From a virus (lineage: Duplodnaviria; Caudoviricetes): 25,523 bases of DNA. The stretch is taken from positions 1 through 25,523 of the IMG/VR virus record IMGVR_UViG_3300006193_000048; one strand, given 5' to 3'. The translations under genes were made by a program, and so were the position numbers. Position 1 is the first letter of the stretch. Every line of letters begins with the position of its first letter. Shown one piece after another: positions 16,014 through 23,546 of the stretch. The notes under the pieces are model-generated. The model did no database searches. It saw nothing but the letters and a program-made list of their open reading frames with translations, and had not been told where the DNA came from.

Positions 16014-17782
16014 TGGCAACGCCTACGCCAGTAACTGTGGATACTCCAGTACCTGCCTTTAAAACAATACCTGTAAAAATGCCTGACGGAAGTATGAAAA
16101 ATCACAACTTTCCTTCTTCTATGACTGACGAAGATATTAACTCGGCGTTAGCTGTAACGTACCCACCAACCCCTCCTGTGCAAAATGAGCCGTTTGCTGA
16201 CTTTATGAATGCAGCAAAAGGTTTAGGCCAAGACGTACAGAAAACAGTAGCTGCTGGGGCGCAGTATTTGTCAGACAAAGGTGACGCTATGTTTGACACA
16301 ACAGCAATGAGCGCACAAGAAGCTATGGGCGCTTTTCAAGAAGCAGGTCAAAAGTTACAAGAAGGGGAGTTAGGCGCTCCTACAGATGACCCTGCTATGG
16401 CTAATCCTTTATCTTTAGCGGCTGACTTAGCAAGACCACTACTAAAGACAGCCGAGCTTATTAGTAACGAAGGGATTAACGCTTGGAAACAAACTTGGGG
16501 TAAGTCTATAGTTATTGATAACGCCGTAGTAAGGAACGGACTTAGTGCTATAAAAGATAGTGCGGTTGCTAACTACGCAATGACCGCTTTAGGAGAAGGC
16601 ATGGAATCTTGGGGTGTTTTTGAAGAAAAATATCCTTTAGAAGCAGGTATTTTGCGTGACACCGGAGTAGTTAGCGAGGTAGCTATTCCTAAATTGGGCG
16701 CTATTCCGGGTGTTAAAATGGGGCGAAAACAAGTTGCAAAAGGAACTGTTAGGGTTCAGAGGCTTAGAAAAAATGGCATTACTCAGATGCTAACTCCTGA
16801 GACAAGAGTAGGGGACGGTGTTACTTCTGTTGAAAAAGGCCCAATGGGTACTCAAAATAAAACATACACCCCGTCTTCTCCAGAAGACACTATGATTGAA
16901 GCCGTTGGGCTAGTAGACGATGTAGACCCTACTAAATGGAACACGCATAACTATAGTGCAATTTATAAAGAAGCTAAAAAATTAACTGAAGATACTAAAA
17001 TAGCTTTAAGAAAAGCAGGAAATCCTTACGTTAATGTTGATACTTTAAAAGCAGACTTACAAAAAGTAGTTGACGACATTGCTACTATGGACGGTTACGA
17101 CTCTCTTTATCAAAACGGACAAAAATTTGCAGAAGGATATTTTCAAGAAGCCATTAAACTATTAAATGATTTGCCTGTGCAGTCAGTAACAGATAAAGGA
17201 CCAAGGGTACTACATCTGTTAGAAATGAGAAAACAGTTTGATGCCTACGTAGAAGCAGGTTCAAAAGTATATGACGAAGCTAAACACTCTGCTAAACAAA
17301 CAGCGGCCCGTCAGATACGTGACGCAATTAATCAACGTATAAAAGCAGCTACACCCAACGGTGACGCACATGACTTAATGAATAGGACGCATAACCTTAT
17401 TAAAGCTCAAGATGTTTTAATACCTTTAGTTGCTAAAGAAGCGAATAACTCTTTACTTGAGATAGGTAGAAAAGCTGCTTCTGCTGCTAATCTACCTAAA
17501 ACGCCTTTAGCTTTAGCAGCTACTGGTACATACGGCGCGGCTGGGTTAGCTTCTGCTTTTGGGGGCGGTGCGGCAGGTTTAAGTATATTTGCAGGCGCTA
17601 CTGCTGGTACGTATGCGGCTTACAAAGGATGGAAAGCACTAACTAACGGGAAAAGAAGGCAGTTTGTTGGTAGGGCATTAAAAGAATTTAACGCTAGCCC
17701 CGGAGATTTTGCTATAGAACGTATTTATTTACTAGAATTACTAAAGCAAACAGAAGAAGAAGAAAAACAAGAGGCCAAATAA
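16013..17782 (+). CDS. Putative internal virion / DNA ejection protein
   Basis: 589 aa with an N-terminal PDG...FP..M.D..I motif and a C-terminal Gly/Ala hydrophobic segment (LALAATGTYGAAGLASAFGGGAAGLSIFAG). Confidence 0.6.
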   Translation: MATPTPVTVDTPVPAFKTIPVKMPDGSMKNHNFPSSMTDEDINSALAVTYPPTPPVQNEPFADFMNAAKGLGQDVQKTVAAGAQYLSDKGDAMFDTTAMSAQEAMGAFQEAGQKLQEGELGAPTDDPAMANPLSLAADLARPLLKTAELISNEGINAWKQTWGKSIVIDNAVVRNGLSAIKDSAVANYAMTALGEGMESWGVFEEKYPLEAGILRDTGVVSEVAIPKLGAIPGVKMGRKQVAKGTVRVQRLRKNGITQMLTPETRVGDGVTSVEKGPMGTQNKTYTPSSPEDTMIEAVGLVDDVDPTKWNTHNYSAIYKEAKKLTEDTKIALRKAGNPYVNVDTLKADLQKVVDDIATMDGYDSLYQNGQKFAEGYFQEAIKLLNDLPVQSVTDKGPRVLHLLEMRKQFDAYVEAGSKVYDEAKHSAKQTAARQIRDAINQRIKAATPNGDAHDLMNRTHNLIKAQDVLIPLVAKEANNSLLEIGRKAASAANLPKTPLALAATGTYGAAGLASAFGGGAAGLSIFAGATAGTYAAYKGWKALTNGKRRQFVGRALKEFNASPGDFAIERIYLLELLKQTEEEEKQEAK

Positions 17783-17783
17783 T

Positions 17784-18083
17784 ATGTCTGCTGAACAAGA
17801 AAAGCTAGTTAATCAGTTACAAGAAGCGCAAGAGCCTGCTGTTCGGAAAGCTATTGTTACACGTTTAACTCATTTAGATAATATAGAAGAAAATAGTAAA
17901 AGTGATTTAGGTAGTTTTGGAGATGCGTACAATAGCACTATTAATTTTGTAAGAGATAATACGGAGTGGCTTGAAGAATATAGGGGTAGAGTTACAGATG
18001 AGATGGTAGCGTACTCTAACGATGATGAAAGAATGTTTAATTCAGGGTATTCTCCTCCACCTAACTTCATGGGGTACAAATAA
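17784..18083 (+). CDS. Hypothetical protein, 99 aa
   Basis: GAGG SD; fills the gap and is TAATG-coupled to the next ORF. Confidence 0.6.
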   Translation: MSAEQEKLVNQLQEAQEPAVRKAIVTRLTHLDNIEENSKSDLGSFGDAYNSTINFVRDNTEWLEEYRGRVTDEMVAYSNDDERMFNSGYSPPPNFMGYK

Positions 18084-18334
18084 TGACTAAACCAGCAAAA
18101 GGAAAAGCAAAGGTTAAAGTAACCTCTAGCGGAAAGAAAGTTAGCTACGGGCAAGCAGGTGCTGCCAAAGGTGGTGGGCCTAGAGTCAAAGCAGGCACCT
18201 CTAAAGGTGATGCGTACTGCGCTAGAAGTCTCGGAATAAAGAAAGGCGTGTCTAAGAAGAAAGCAAGCGACCCTAACACGCCCAATAACCTGTCACGCAA
18301 ACGTTGGAAGTGTTCTGGAGCTAAATCTAAATGA
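18083..18334 (+). CDS. Highly basic small phage protein (YCARS...RKRWKC motif)
   Basis: 83 aa with 19 Lys + 4 Arg against 2 Asp. The YCAR and WKC motifs are recognised from a common uncharacterised phage family. Confidence 0.7.
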   Translation: MTKPAKGKAKVKVTSSGKKVSYGQAGAAKGGGPRVKAGTSKGDAYCARSLGIKKGVSKKKASDPNTPNNLSRKRWKCSGAKSK

Positions 18335-18741
18335 GTATTGCAACAGCTATAGTAGGCACACTGGTAGACCCTATCTCTAATCTATTGTCTGAGTTTATTG
18401 TAGACAAAGATAAGCAAGCAGAAATATCGTACAAGATAGCTACGATGGCTGAACAGAACGCACACGCACAGGTTTTAGCACAGTTAGAGATTAACAAAGC
18501 GGAAGCCTCTAGTGAATCTCTCTTTAAAGGTGGCTGGCGTCCCGCCTGCGGCTGGTTGACTGTCTTTGCACTGGGTATTAACTACGTGGTTATACCGATG
18601 GGAGGACCGATTGTAGAGGCTTACACGCCTATCATCATGCAGCCCCTAGATATGACTGTCATGCTACCGTTACTAATGGGTATGTTAGGGCTGACAGGCG
18701 CAAGGACAATAGAGAAAACTAAAGGAGTGGCATCACGATGA
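18331..18741 (+). CDS. Holin, GTA 3TM holin family
   Basis: EINKAEA....F..GWRPACGW, two TM segments and GMLGLTGART.EK.KGV signature. Confidence 0.82.
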   Translation: MSIATAIVGTLVDPISNLLSEFIVDKDKQAEISYKIATMAEQNAHAQVLAQLEINKAEASSESLFKGGWRPACGWLTVFALGINYVVIPMGGPIVEAYTPIIMQPLDMTVMLPLLMGMLGLTGARTIEKTKGVASR

Positions 18742-19019
18742 GCGACCAGTTTGATTACGAAGGGAAAGATGGGTTAGCTAGGGACTTAGCTAAACTAAAG
18801 TCAGAGTTTAAATACTTGTACCACCCTGCTATGCGGGGGCCGTGGCAAGAGCTGAAAGATGCGAGGTTAAAAGATAAAATCCATAAGATTACCAACCTGC
18901 ACGTAGAGTCTGCTAGAGCAGCTCCGTACTTCTGGGGCCATGTTACTATGGTGCTGTCTTCTGTTAACACTGTAGCATGGATTGCCGCGCTACTGTATGT
19001 ATGGGAACTACATGGATGA
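18738..19019 (+). CDS. Hypothetical protein with C-terminal transmembrane helix
   Basis: AAGGAG SD, ATGA overlaps on both sides, hydrophobic segment VTMVLSSVNTVAWIAALLYVW. Confidence 0.65.
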   Translation: MSDQFDYEGKDGLARDLAKLKSEFKYLYHPAMRGPWQELKDARLKDKIHKITNLHVESARAAPYFWGHVTMVLSSVNTVAWIAALLYVWELHG

Positions 19020-19231
19020 TTCCGGTGAACGCAGTGAGTAAAACTGTAGAGAATGCAGTTTTGGTAACGCAGCCTGTTGTTTACGGTGTTGCTGCGGGGA
19101 CCGTATTGGGACTACAACTCAATGAATGGATAATGTTAGGTACAGGAGTCCTTCTTATTATGAATTTAGGACTTGCTGTAACTAAAGTGTATTCAACTTA
19201 TAAAACATTTAAAAAGAGAGACTACGATTAA
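19016..19231 (+). CDS. Holin, T7 gp17.5-like (class II); start reassigned to ATG 19016
   Basis: MIPVNAV...PVVYGVAAGTVLGLQLNEWIMLG...KKRDYD resembles T7 gp17.5 GLSLNEW, with two TM segments and a basic tail. ATGA overlap upstream and TAATG overlap with the endolysin. Confidence 0.65.
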   Translation: MIPVNAVSKTVENAVLVTQPVVYGVAAGTVLGLQLNEWIMLGTGVLLIMNLGLAVTKVYSTYKTFKKRDYD

Positions 19232-19584
19232 TGGCACAGCTTTCACAATACTTTAAACGCTCTGAGTTCGCTTGTAAGTGTGGCTGTGGCTTTGATACCG
19301 TAGACTCTATCCTTTTAGAGACTCTGGAAGCCGTCAGGCTCCACTTTAAAGTCCCTGTAGTCATTACGTCAGGTTGTCGCTGTATTGCTCACAACGCCGC
19401 TGTAGGTGGCGCTGAAGCCTCGCAGCACACGCTTGGGAGAGCGTCTGACGTACAGCTTAAAGGCATACCCCCTTCTGAAGTAGCTGACTACGTAGAGAGT
19501 ATAGGTATATCGGTAGGCAGGTATCCTAATTTTACGCATCTGGACTCTCGCTCTGGTCAGCCGAAACGATGGGGTCAGAACTAG
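19231..19584 (+). CDS. Endolysin, peptidase M15A (Zn peptidase)
   Basis: YFKRSEFACKCGCG, ITSGCRC..HN..VGG...SQH..GRASD and FTHLD motifs, giving the His/Asp/His zinc ligands. Confidence 0.9.
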   Translation: MAQLSQYFKRSEFACKCGCGFDTVDSILLETLEAVRLHFKVPVVITSGCRCIAHNAAVGGAEASQHTLGRASDVQLKGIPPSEVADYVESIGISVGRYPNFTHLDSRSGQPKRWGQN

Positions 19585-19705
19585 ACTCTACTATCGCCTC
19601 TAATGCCTGCATTACTACTCCAAAAGCCTCAATCTCTGGAGGGCTTAAAGTAACTCTCTGTAAAAACTGTGCCGCTGCTTGTGCTACTTGTGGTGTCATC
19701 GTCAT
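19532..19705 (-). CDS. Small hypothetical protein, 57 aa (not in ORF track), overlapping the endolysin 3' end
   Basis: Hand translation gives MTMTPQVAQAAAQFLQRVTLSPPEIEAFGVVMQALEAIVESSSDPIVSADQSESPDA*. TAATG coupling to MazG and GGAGG upstream. Confidence 0.65.
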   Translation of the reverse strand: MTMTPQVAQAAAQFLQRVTLSPPEIEAFGVVMQALEAIVESSSDPIVSADQSESPDA

Positions 19706-20025
19706 TATCTGTTACCTCCATTACCTGCAATTACGCCACGCTCTTGACGCGACTTTAGTTTTTTAATGTTGTAGGTAGCTACTTCTTCCAAAGTAATACC
19801 CATGTCTGTCAGTAGACTACACAGGTTCCACAGTACGTCCCCTGCCTCCGCAACAACCTCTTGCCTATCGGGGTCACCATCATCCCCCCGTAACCACGGC
19901 TTAATGAATATGTCGGCTAACTCTGCTGACTCTACCATCAGTGACGCTATCGGATAGATAGGGTCATCGTAATTAGCAGTCTCCGCTGCCATTAATTGAT
20001 ACTCATTCAAATATAAACTTTTCAT
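19705..20025 (-). CDS. mazG: MazG-like nucleoside triphosphate pyrophosphohydrolase
   Basis: LNEYQ, ESAE...EAGDVLW (ExxE/ExxD), N..KL.SRQERGVI.G.G.NR. GGAGG SD. Confidence 0.88.
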   Translation of the reverse strand: MKSLYLNEYQLMAAETANYDDPIYPIASLMVESAELADIFIKPWLRGDDGDPDRQEVVAEAGDVLWNLCSLLTDMGITLEEVATYNIKKLKSRQERGVIAGNGGNR

Positions 20026-20037
20026 ACACGCCTCCAG

Positions 20038-21918
20038 TTATATTAATTCGCAACTACCACCAGCACAGGCTAACTCTTGTGCGCCTAGTGTGGAGTCAGT
20101 GTTGTGTTCAAAATTCGCCTGTTCTTCCCAATCAAAGACTGGCATTTCCCCCGAAAGCTGATTATATTTATCCTGGGTAATCTCTTGGTACGGAGCCTGC
20201 TGATATACGCCACCGTCAAATGGTAGCAGTGAGATGCCTGACATTACATCAAAGTTTTCCCACATCCACGAAGCTACCTGTAGAAACTCATTATCTTTGT
20301 AGTACACTGTGATAGACGGCTTGTGTTCACACCAGTAGTCTTGATAGACCTTCCACAAGCGTAGCTGCTCCATAGCGCCCACTTCTGCTGTGCATACCGC
20401 ACCCACGGGAGCTGCCACTGGAAAACCAAAAACCAGAGTTGAATCCGACTCCACAGATATTTCGTGAGGAAAACCGTAGTAAGCCATATACTCTGAGAGT
20501 GGGTCTTTAATGTCTGCGCGAACTGTACGCAGATAGTAAGGAGCAAACCTAGGGTGAATACCGCTAGCAGAGTTGACCAACTGACTAACAGTACCACTAG
20601 GCTTAACACAAGTAATAGCTGCGCTTGGATTGACTCCCAGCTTTTTCGCCCATTCTTTATTTGTTTCAATTGCTACCTCTTTCATTGTAGTTAACCAGCG
20701 TTTTGTTTCGTTCAGCTCACTGGAAGACAGCACCTCATGGTCCATAATCCCAGTCAGTGAAACACCCAGCAACGCTTCTTCTTCTGTGTTTGTCTTCCAT
20801 ATCTTACGTAAGTAACGGAAGTCAGTTAGTGTAGATTGCAAAGTACCCAGTATGGTAGCTATCTTAACTTTCTCACACAACGTTTCTAAAGTATCTTCGG
20901 CACGTATAACAACTTCTGTCAGGTTACAGAACTGATTGGGACGTAGTATAATCTCTGAACAGGGATTAGTACCAAAGTCATGCTCAGACTCTCTACGGCC
21001 ATTCCTAGCGGCAATCTTTTGTGCAGCCACACGGCTAAACACGCCACGCTCACCAGAGTAACTCTCATGCAAAGCAACCATTTCTTTTAAGAAGAAACCA
21101 AACTCCGGCTTTTCTGTATAACACGCGCTGTTGTTAGCTAAGTATCGCTCAGAGTGCAGTAACCCAAAGTTACCACTCTTAGCACCACGCAGCCTATCGT
21201 CACTGGGGTTACTCAAGCTAATCAGTGCGCTCCTACGAACACCGCCTACTACGATGACCTTGGCTATCATACAGCACAAGTCATGGCACTCAAGGCTGCT
21301 CAGGCGTCTTCCTGCGGCACCTTTGAACATATTAGTAGTGAACACAAACAAATCAATTAAAGGTTGTGGTCCAGAAGCTCGTCCACCGAAAGTTTTAAGC
21401 GGCTCGCCTGCACCTCTTACCTTGCTGGTGTCCCACTTAGGACACTCTCCTGCGTACAGAAGGGACATGAGCTGCCTGAACGACTTAGCCCAGCCTATCT
21501 TTGAGTCAGGCACTACAATAGCTGTGTCAGAATCATGGAAAGCCTCCGCTACTTCCGGTAGTTTGCCCACGTACTGCCTCTCCACGCTAAACCCAACTCC
21601 GGTACCGCAAAGCAAAATATACATAAGCTCATCGAAAGCGCGAGGATGGTCAATAGGTAGATACGAACAATTAAACCCTGCAACATTGTCTCTCTCCAGT
21701 GCTGGTCCCGCTGTCATTAAGCAGCGCATTGAGGGCATTACGTCAAGGGCAGTAATGGCCTCCCACACAATACGAGCGTTTTTAGCGTCAAGTTTTCTTG
21801 AGCGCAACCAAAAATCACAGTAACGCCCTACAGTTTCTTCCCATGTCTCTCGTCTTTTTTGTTCTGGCAACCATCTAGCGTACCTACTGGCTGCAATAAA
21901 TTCTTGGTATTGGTCCAT
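20038..21918 (-). CDS. nrdJ: Adenosylcobalamin-dependent class II ribonucleotide reductase (monomeric RTPR type)
   Basis: RRETWEETV, MPSMR, FNCS, GGVRRSA, GTNPCSEI, CNLTE, KPSGTVS and C-terminal CAGGSC. No class I C-terminal YY pair and no adjacent beta subunit. Start set at MDQYQ (AGGAG SD). Confidence 0.88.
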   Translation of the reverse strand: MDQYQEFIAASRYARWLPEQKRRETWEETVGRYCDFWLRSRKLDAKNARIVWEAITALDVMPSMRCLMTAGPALERDNVAGFNCSYLPIDHPRAFDELMYILLCGTGVGFSVERQYVGKLPEVAEAFHDSDTAIVVPDSKIGWAKSFRQLMSLLYAGECPKWDTSKVRGAGEPLKTFGGRASGPQPLIDLFVFTTNMFKGAAGRRLSSLECHDLCCMIAKVIVVGGVRRSALISLSNPSDDRLRGAKSGNFGLLHSERYLANNSACYTEKPEFGFFLKEMVALHESYSGERGVFSRVAAQKIAARNGRRESEHDFGTNPCSEIILRPNQFCNLTEVVIRAEDTLETLCEKVKIATILGTLQSTLTDFRYLRKIWKTNTEEEALLGVSLTGIMDHEVLSSSELNETKRWLTTMKEVAIETNKEWAKKLGVNPSAAITCVKPSGTVSQLVNSASGIHPRFAPYYLRTVRADIKDPLSEYMAYYGFPHEISVESDSTLVFGFPVAAPVGAVCTAEVGAMEQLRLWKVYQDYWCEHKPSITVYYKDNEFLQVASWMWENFDVMSGISLLPFDGGVYQQAPYQEITQDKYNQLSGEMPVFDWEEQANFEHNTDSTLGAQELACAGGSCELI

Positions 21919-21928
21919 GTGTAGTCTC

Positions 21929-22171
21929 CTATGTCTCTGAGTCAAGAACTTCTGCTAACAAAGCTAATTTGCCTTTCTCAAGGTTGAGTAATACCTCACC
22001 AGCACCAGCGGCGTTAGACAAAATAATAATAGAGTCCCCTGTATCAAAGAACACAGTGTACGTGCCATGTTCTAACGTAAGAATGGTGCTTTCGTCTAGC
22101 TGTGACTTTAGACGCTCACCAGCATGTTTTGATAGCTCATCCTCACGGGGCGGGAAATCCACAATATTCAT
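21929..22171 (-). CDS. Hypothetical protein, 80 aa
   Basis: MNIVDFP start, ATGA-coupled, fits the minus-strand operon. Confidence 0.65.
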   Translation of the reverse strand: MNIVDFPPREDELSKHAGERLKSQLDESTILTLEHGTYTVFFDTGDSIIILSNAAGAGEVLLNLEKGKLALLAEVLDSET

Positions 22172-22338
22172 TGTGTTTTCTTCTTAAAAGGTTTGCTGAC
22201 TGTAACCTTTTTCATCACAGTACCTTCAACACCCTCACTAACAAGGCGGTTTGCTTCCGCTTCGTTGTTAGTCATGGCGTCCCACTGGTTAGTCTTAGGG
22301 GCGTTCTTATCCCCTACCACGTAGATGTACTTGCTCAT
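22168..22338 (-). CDS. Small hypothetical protein, 56 aa (not in ORF track)
   Basis: Hand translation gives MSKYIYVVGDKNAPKTNQWDAMTNNEAEANRLVSEGVEGTVMKKVTVSKPFKKKTQ*. AGGAGG SD and ATGA overlaps at both ends. Confidence 0.75.
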   Translation of the reverse strand: MSKYIYVVGDKNAPKTNQWDAMTNNEAEANRLVSEGVEGTVMKKVTVSKPFKKKTQ

Positions 22339-22679
22339 ATTGTGCCTCCTAGCCCGTATAGTTTGTCTTTTTCTGCTATGCTTTCTTTAAGAATCTGTAG
22401 GTAGTGGATAGCTTTTTCTATATCCTCTGCGCCACCTTTAGCTTTGTACCGACAGATGTACTTAATGGCGTTGCCCTCACAAAAACCTAACTGATTAGCC
22501 GTAATAAATTCTATCGGCTGCTCTGCCATTTCTTTGTAGTGATTGCCGCCTACTTGCTTGTTGATGGCTTTAGCCGCATTGTCCCACTCTTGTGGCGTAG
22601 CGTCACTAAGACGGCTTTGTGGTGGTGGGTCTATGTTGTGCAACCTATCAAGCTCATGCCATATAGTCTTGTCAGTCAT
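22335..22679 (-). CDS. DUF3310 / SaV-like protein (T7 gp1.7 nucleotide kinase family)
   Basis: QVGGNHYK, QPIEFI, GFCEGNAIKYICRY..KGG.EDIEKAIHYL. Confidence 0.85.
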   Translation of the reverse strand: MTDKTIWHELDRLHNIDPPPQSRLSDATPQEWDNAAKAINKQVGGNHYKEMAEQPIEFITANQLGFCEGNAIKYICRYKAKGGAEDIEKAIHYLQILKESIAEKDKLYGLGGTI

Positions 22680-22830
22680 TTAAGAACTCCCGTATTGCTA
22701 CTATGTTTTCTTCAAGTCGGTCTTCAAACCGCCTCACTAGGTCTTCTGGTGTAAGTTGTAACAAATCAATTATGTCCTCAATGTCGCTCTTAACCATTAG
22801 TTTAACACACAGTTCCTCAAAAGTGTCCAT
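22672..22830 (-). CDS. Small acidic phage protein, 52 aa (not in ORF track)
   Basis: Hand translation gives MDTFEELCVKLMVKSDIEDIIDLLQLTPEDLVRRFEDRLEENIVAIREFLND*. AAGGAG SD; overlaps both neighbours. Confidence 0.75.
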   Translation of the reverse strand: MDTFEELCVKLMVKSDIEDIIDLLQLTPEDLVRRFEDRLEENIVAIREFLND

Positions 22831-23194
22831 CGGCGTACTCCTTTAAATCTTCTACGCTTTCAAACCACTTAATACTTTCTTTCTCACACCATTGTCCCAT
22901 GTTCATCTTAGCTCCTTTGCGTACTTTTGTTTTCGCAGATTGTAGAAAAAAGACTAGCTCCTGGTTTTCCTTGAGTGCATCTCGAATTGCTTTGTACTTC
23001 TGTGTGTCACCTACTCGGAAGAATCCTTTAACTTCCACTAAGATGTGCATATTCTTAGTAGTGTACACAAAGTCAGGCGTATAGTTCCTGTGCGTCACGT
23101 AAGCCACCTTAAAAGGCTCGTAGCGCCACGTAGGGCCTAACAAAGAGGCCACCAGAGCCTCTAACTTACTCCTGTACTTTTGATTATTAATCAT
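22817..23194 (-). CDS. Endonuclease I (T7 gp3-like Holliday junction resolvase)
   Basis: YRSKLE, YE, YTPDF, VEVKGFF and W.EK motifs. Confidence 0.88.
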   Translation of the reverse strand: MINNQKYRSKLEALVASLLGPTWRYEPFKVAYVTHRNYTPDFVYTTKNMHILVEVKGFFRVGDTQKYKAIRDALKENQELVFFLQSAKTKVRKGAKMNMGQWCEKESIKWFESVEDLKEYADGHF

Positions 23195-23546
23195 TGTAAT
23201 GCACCATTCGATGACAACTAACGCAGAGAAGAAGACATTTATCTAACTCCTGCTGCACCGCTGGTAGTTCAAGGCGCTTATTTCCTATCTCAAACTCCTT
23301 CTCTTTAGGGTTTCTATGGTGAAAGTCGTAAAGCACTGGATGAAAAACCCCACCACAATGTTCGCAGGCACCTCCCTTATATTTAATTAACTCAACTTTG
23401 TTACGCCGATGGCGGCACTTTCCACGCTCATTATCGCACGTTTTACAGTAGGACATTACTCCTTGGCTCCCCCGACTATGTTTATGAAAGTCGGTGAAGG
23501 GCTTCTCTACCTCGCATTTCGCACATGCCTTCATTTTAAAACTCAT
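23187..23546 (-). CDS. HNH endonuclease with N-terminal zinc finger (free-standing, homing-type)
   Basis: CAKCEVEK...CKTC, GGACEHCG...DFHHRNP..K...ELDKC.LLCVSCHRMVH. Confidence 0.82.
   Translation of the reverse strand: MSFKMKACAKCEVEKPFTDFHKHSRGSQGVMSYCKTCDNERGKCRHRRNKVELIKYKGGACEHCGGVFHPVLYDFHHRNPKEKEFEIGNKRLELPAVQQELDKCLLLCVSCHRMVHYND

Noticed and set aside
18977-19015. Upstream start (MDCRAT...) of the second holin
   Set aside because: It overlaps the previous gene by 43 bp without an SD. ATG 19016 gives a standard ATGA coupling.
19569-19766. 65-aa plus-strand Cys-rich ORF after the endolysin as a spanin
   Set aside because: It has no signal peptide, lipobox or SD and overlaps MazG antisense. 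The minus-strand 57-aa ORF explains the region better.
21131-21823. 230-aa plus-strand ORF antisense to the RNR
   Set aside because: It lies entirely within a conserved gene on the opposite strand, with no SD and no recognisable motif.
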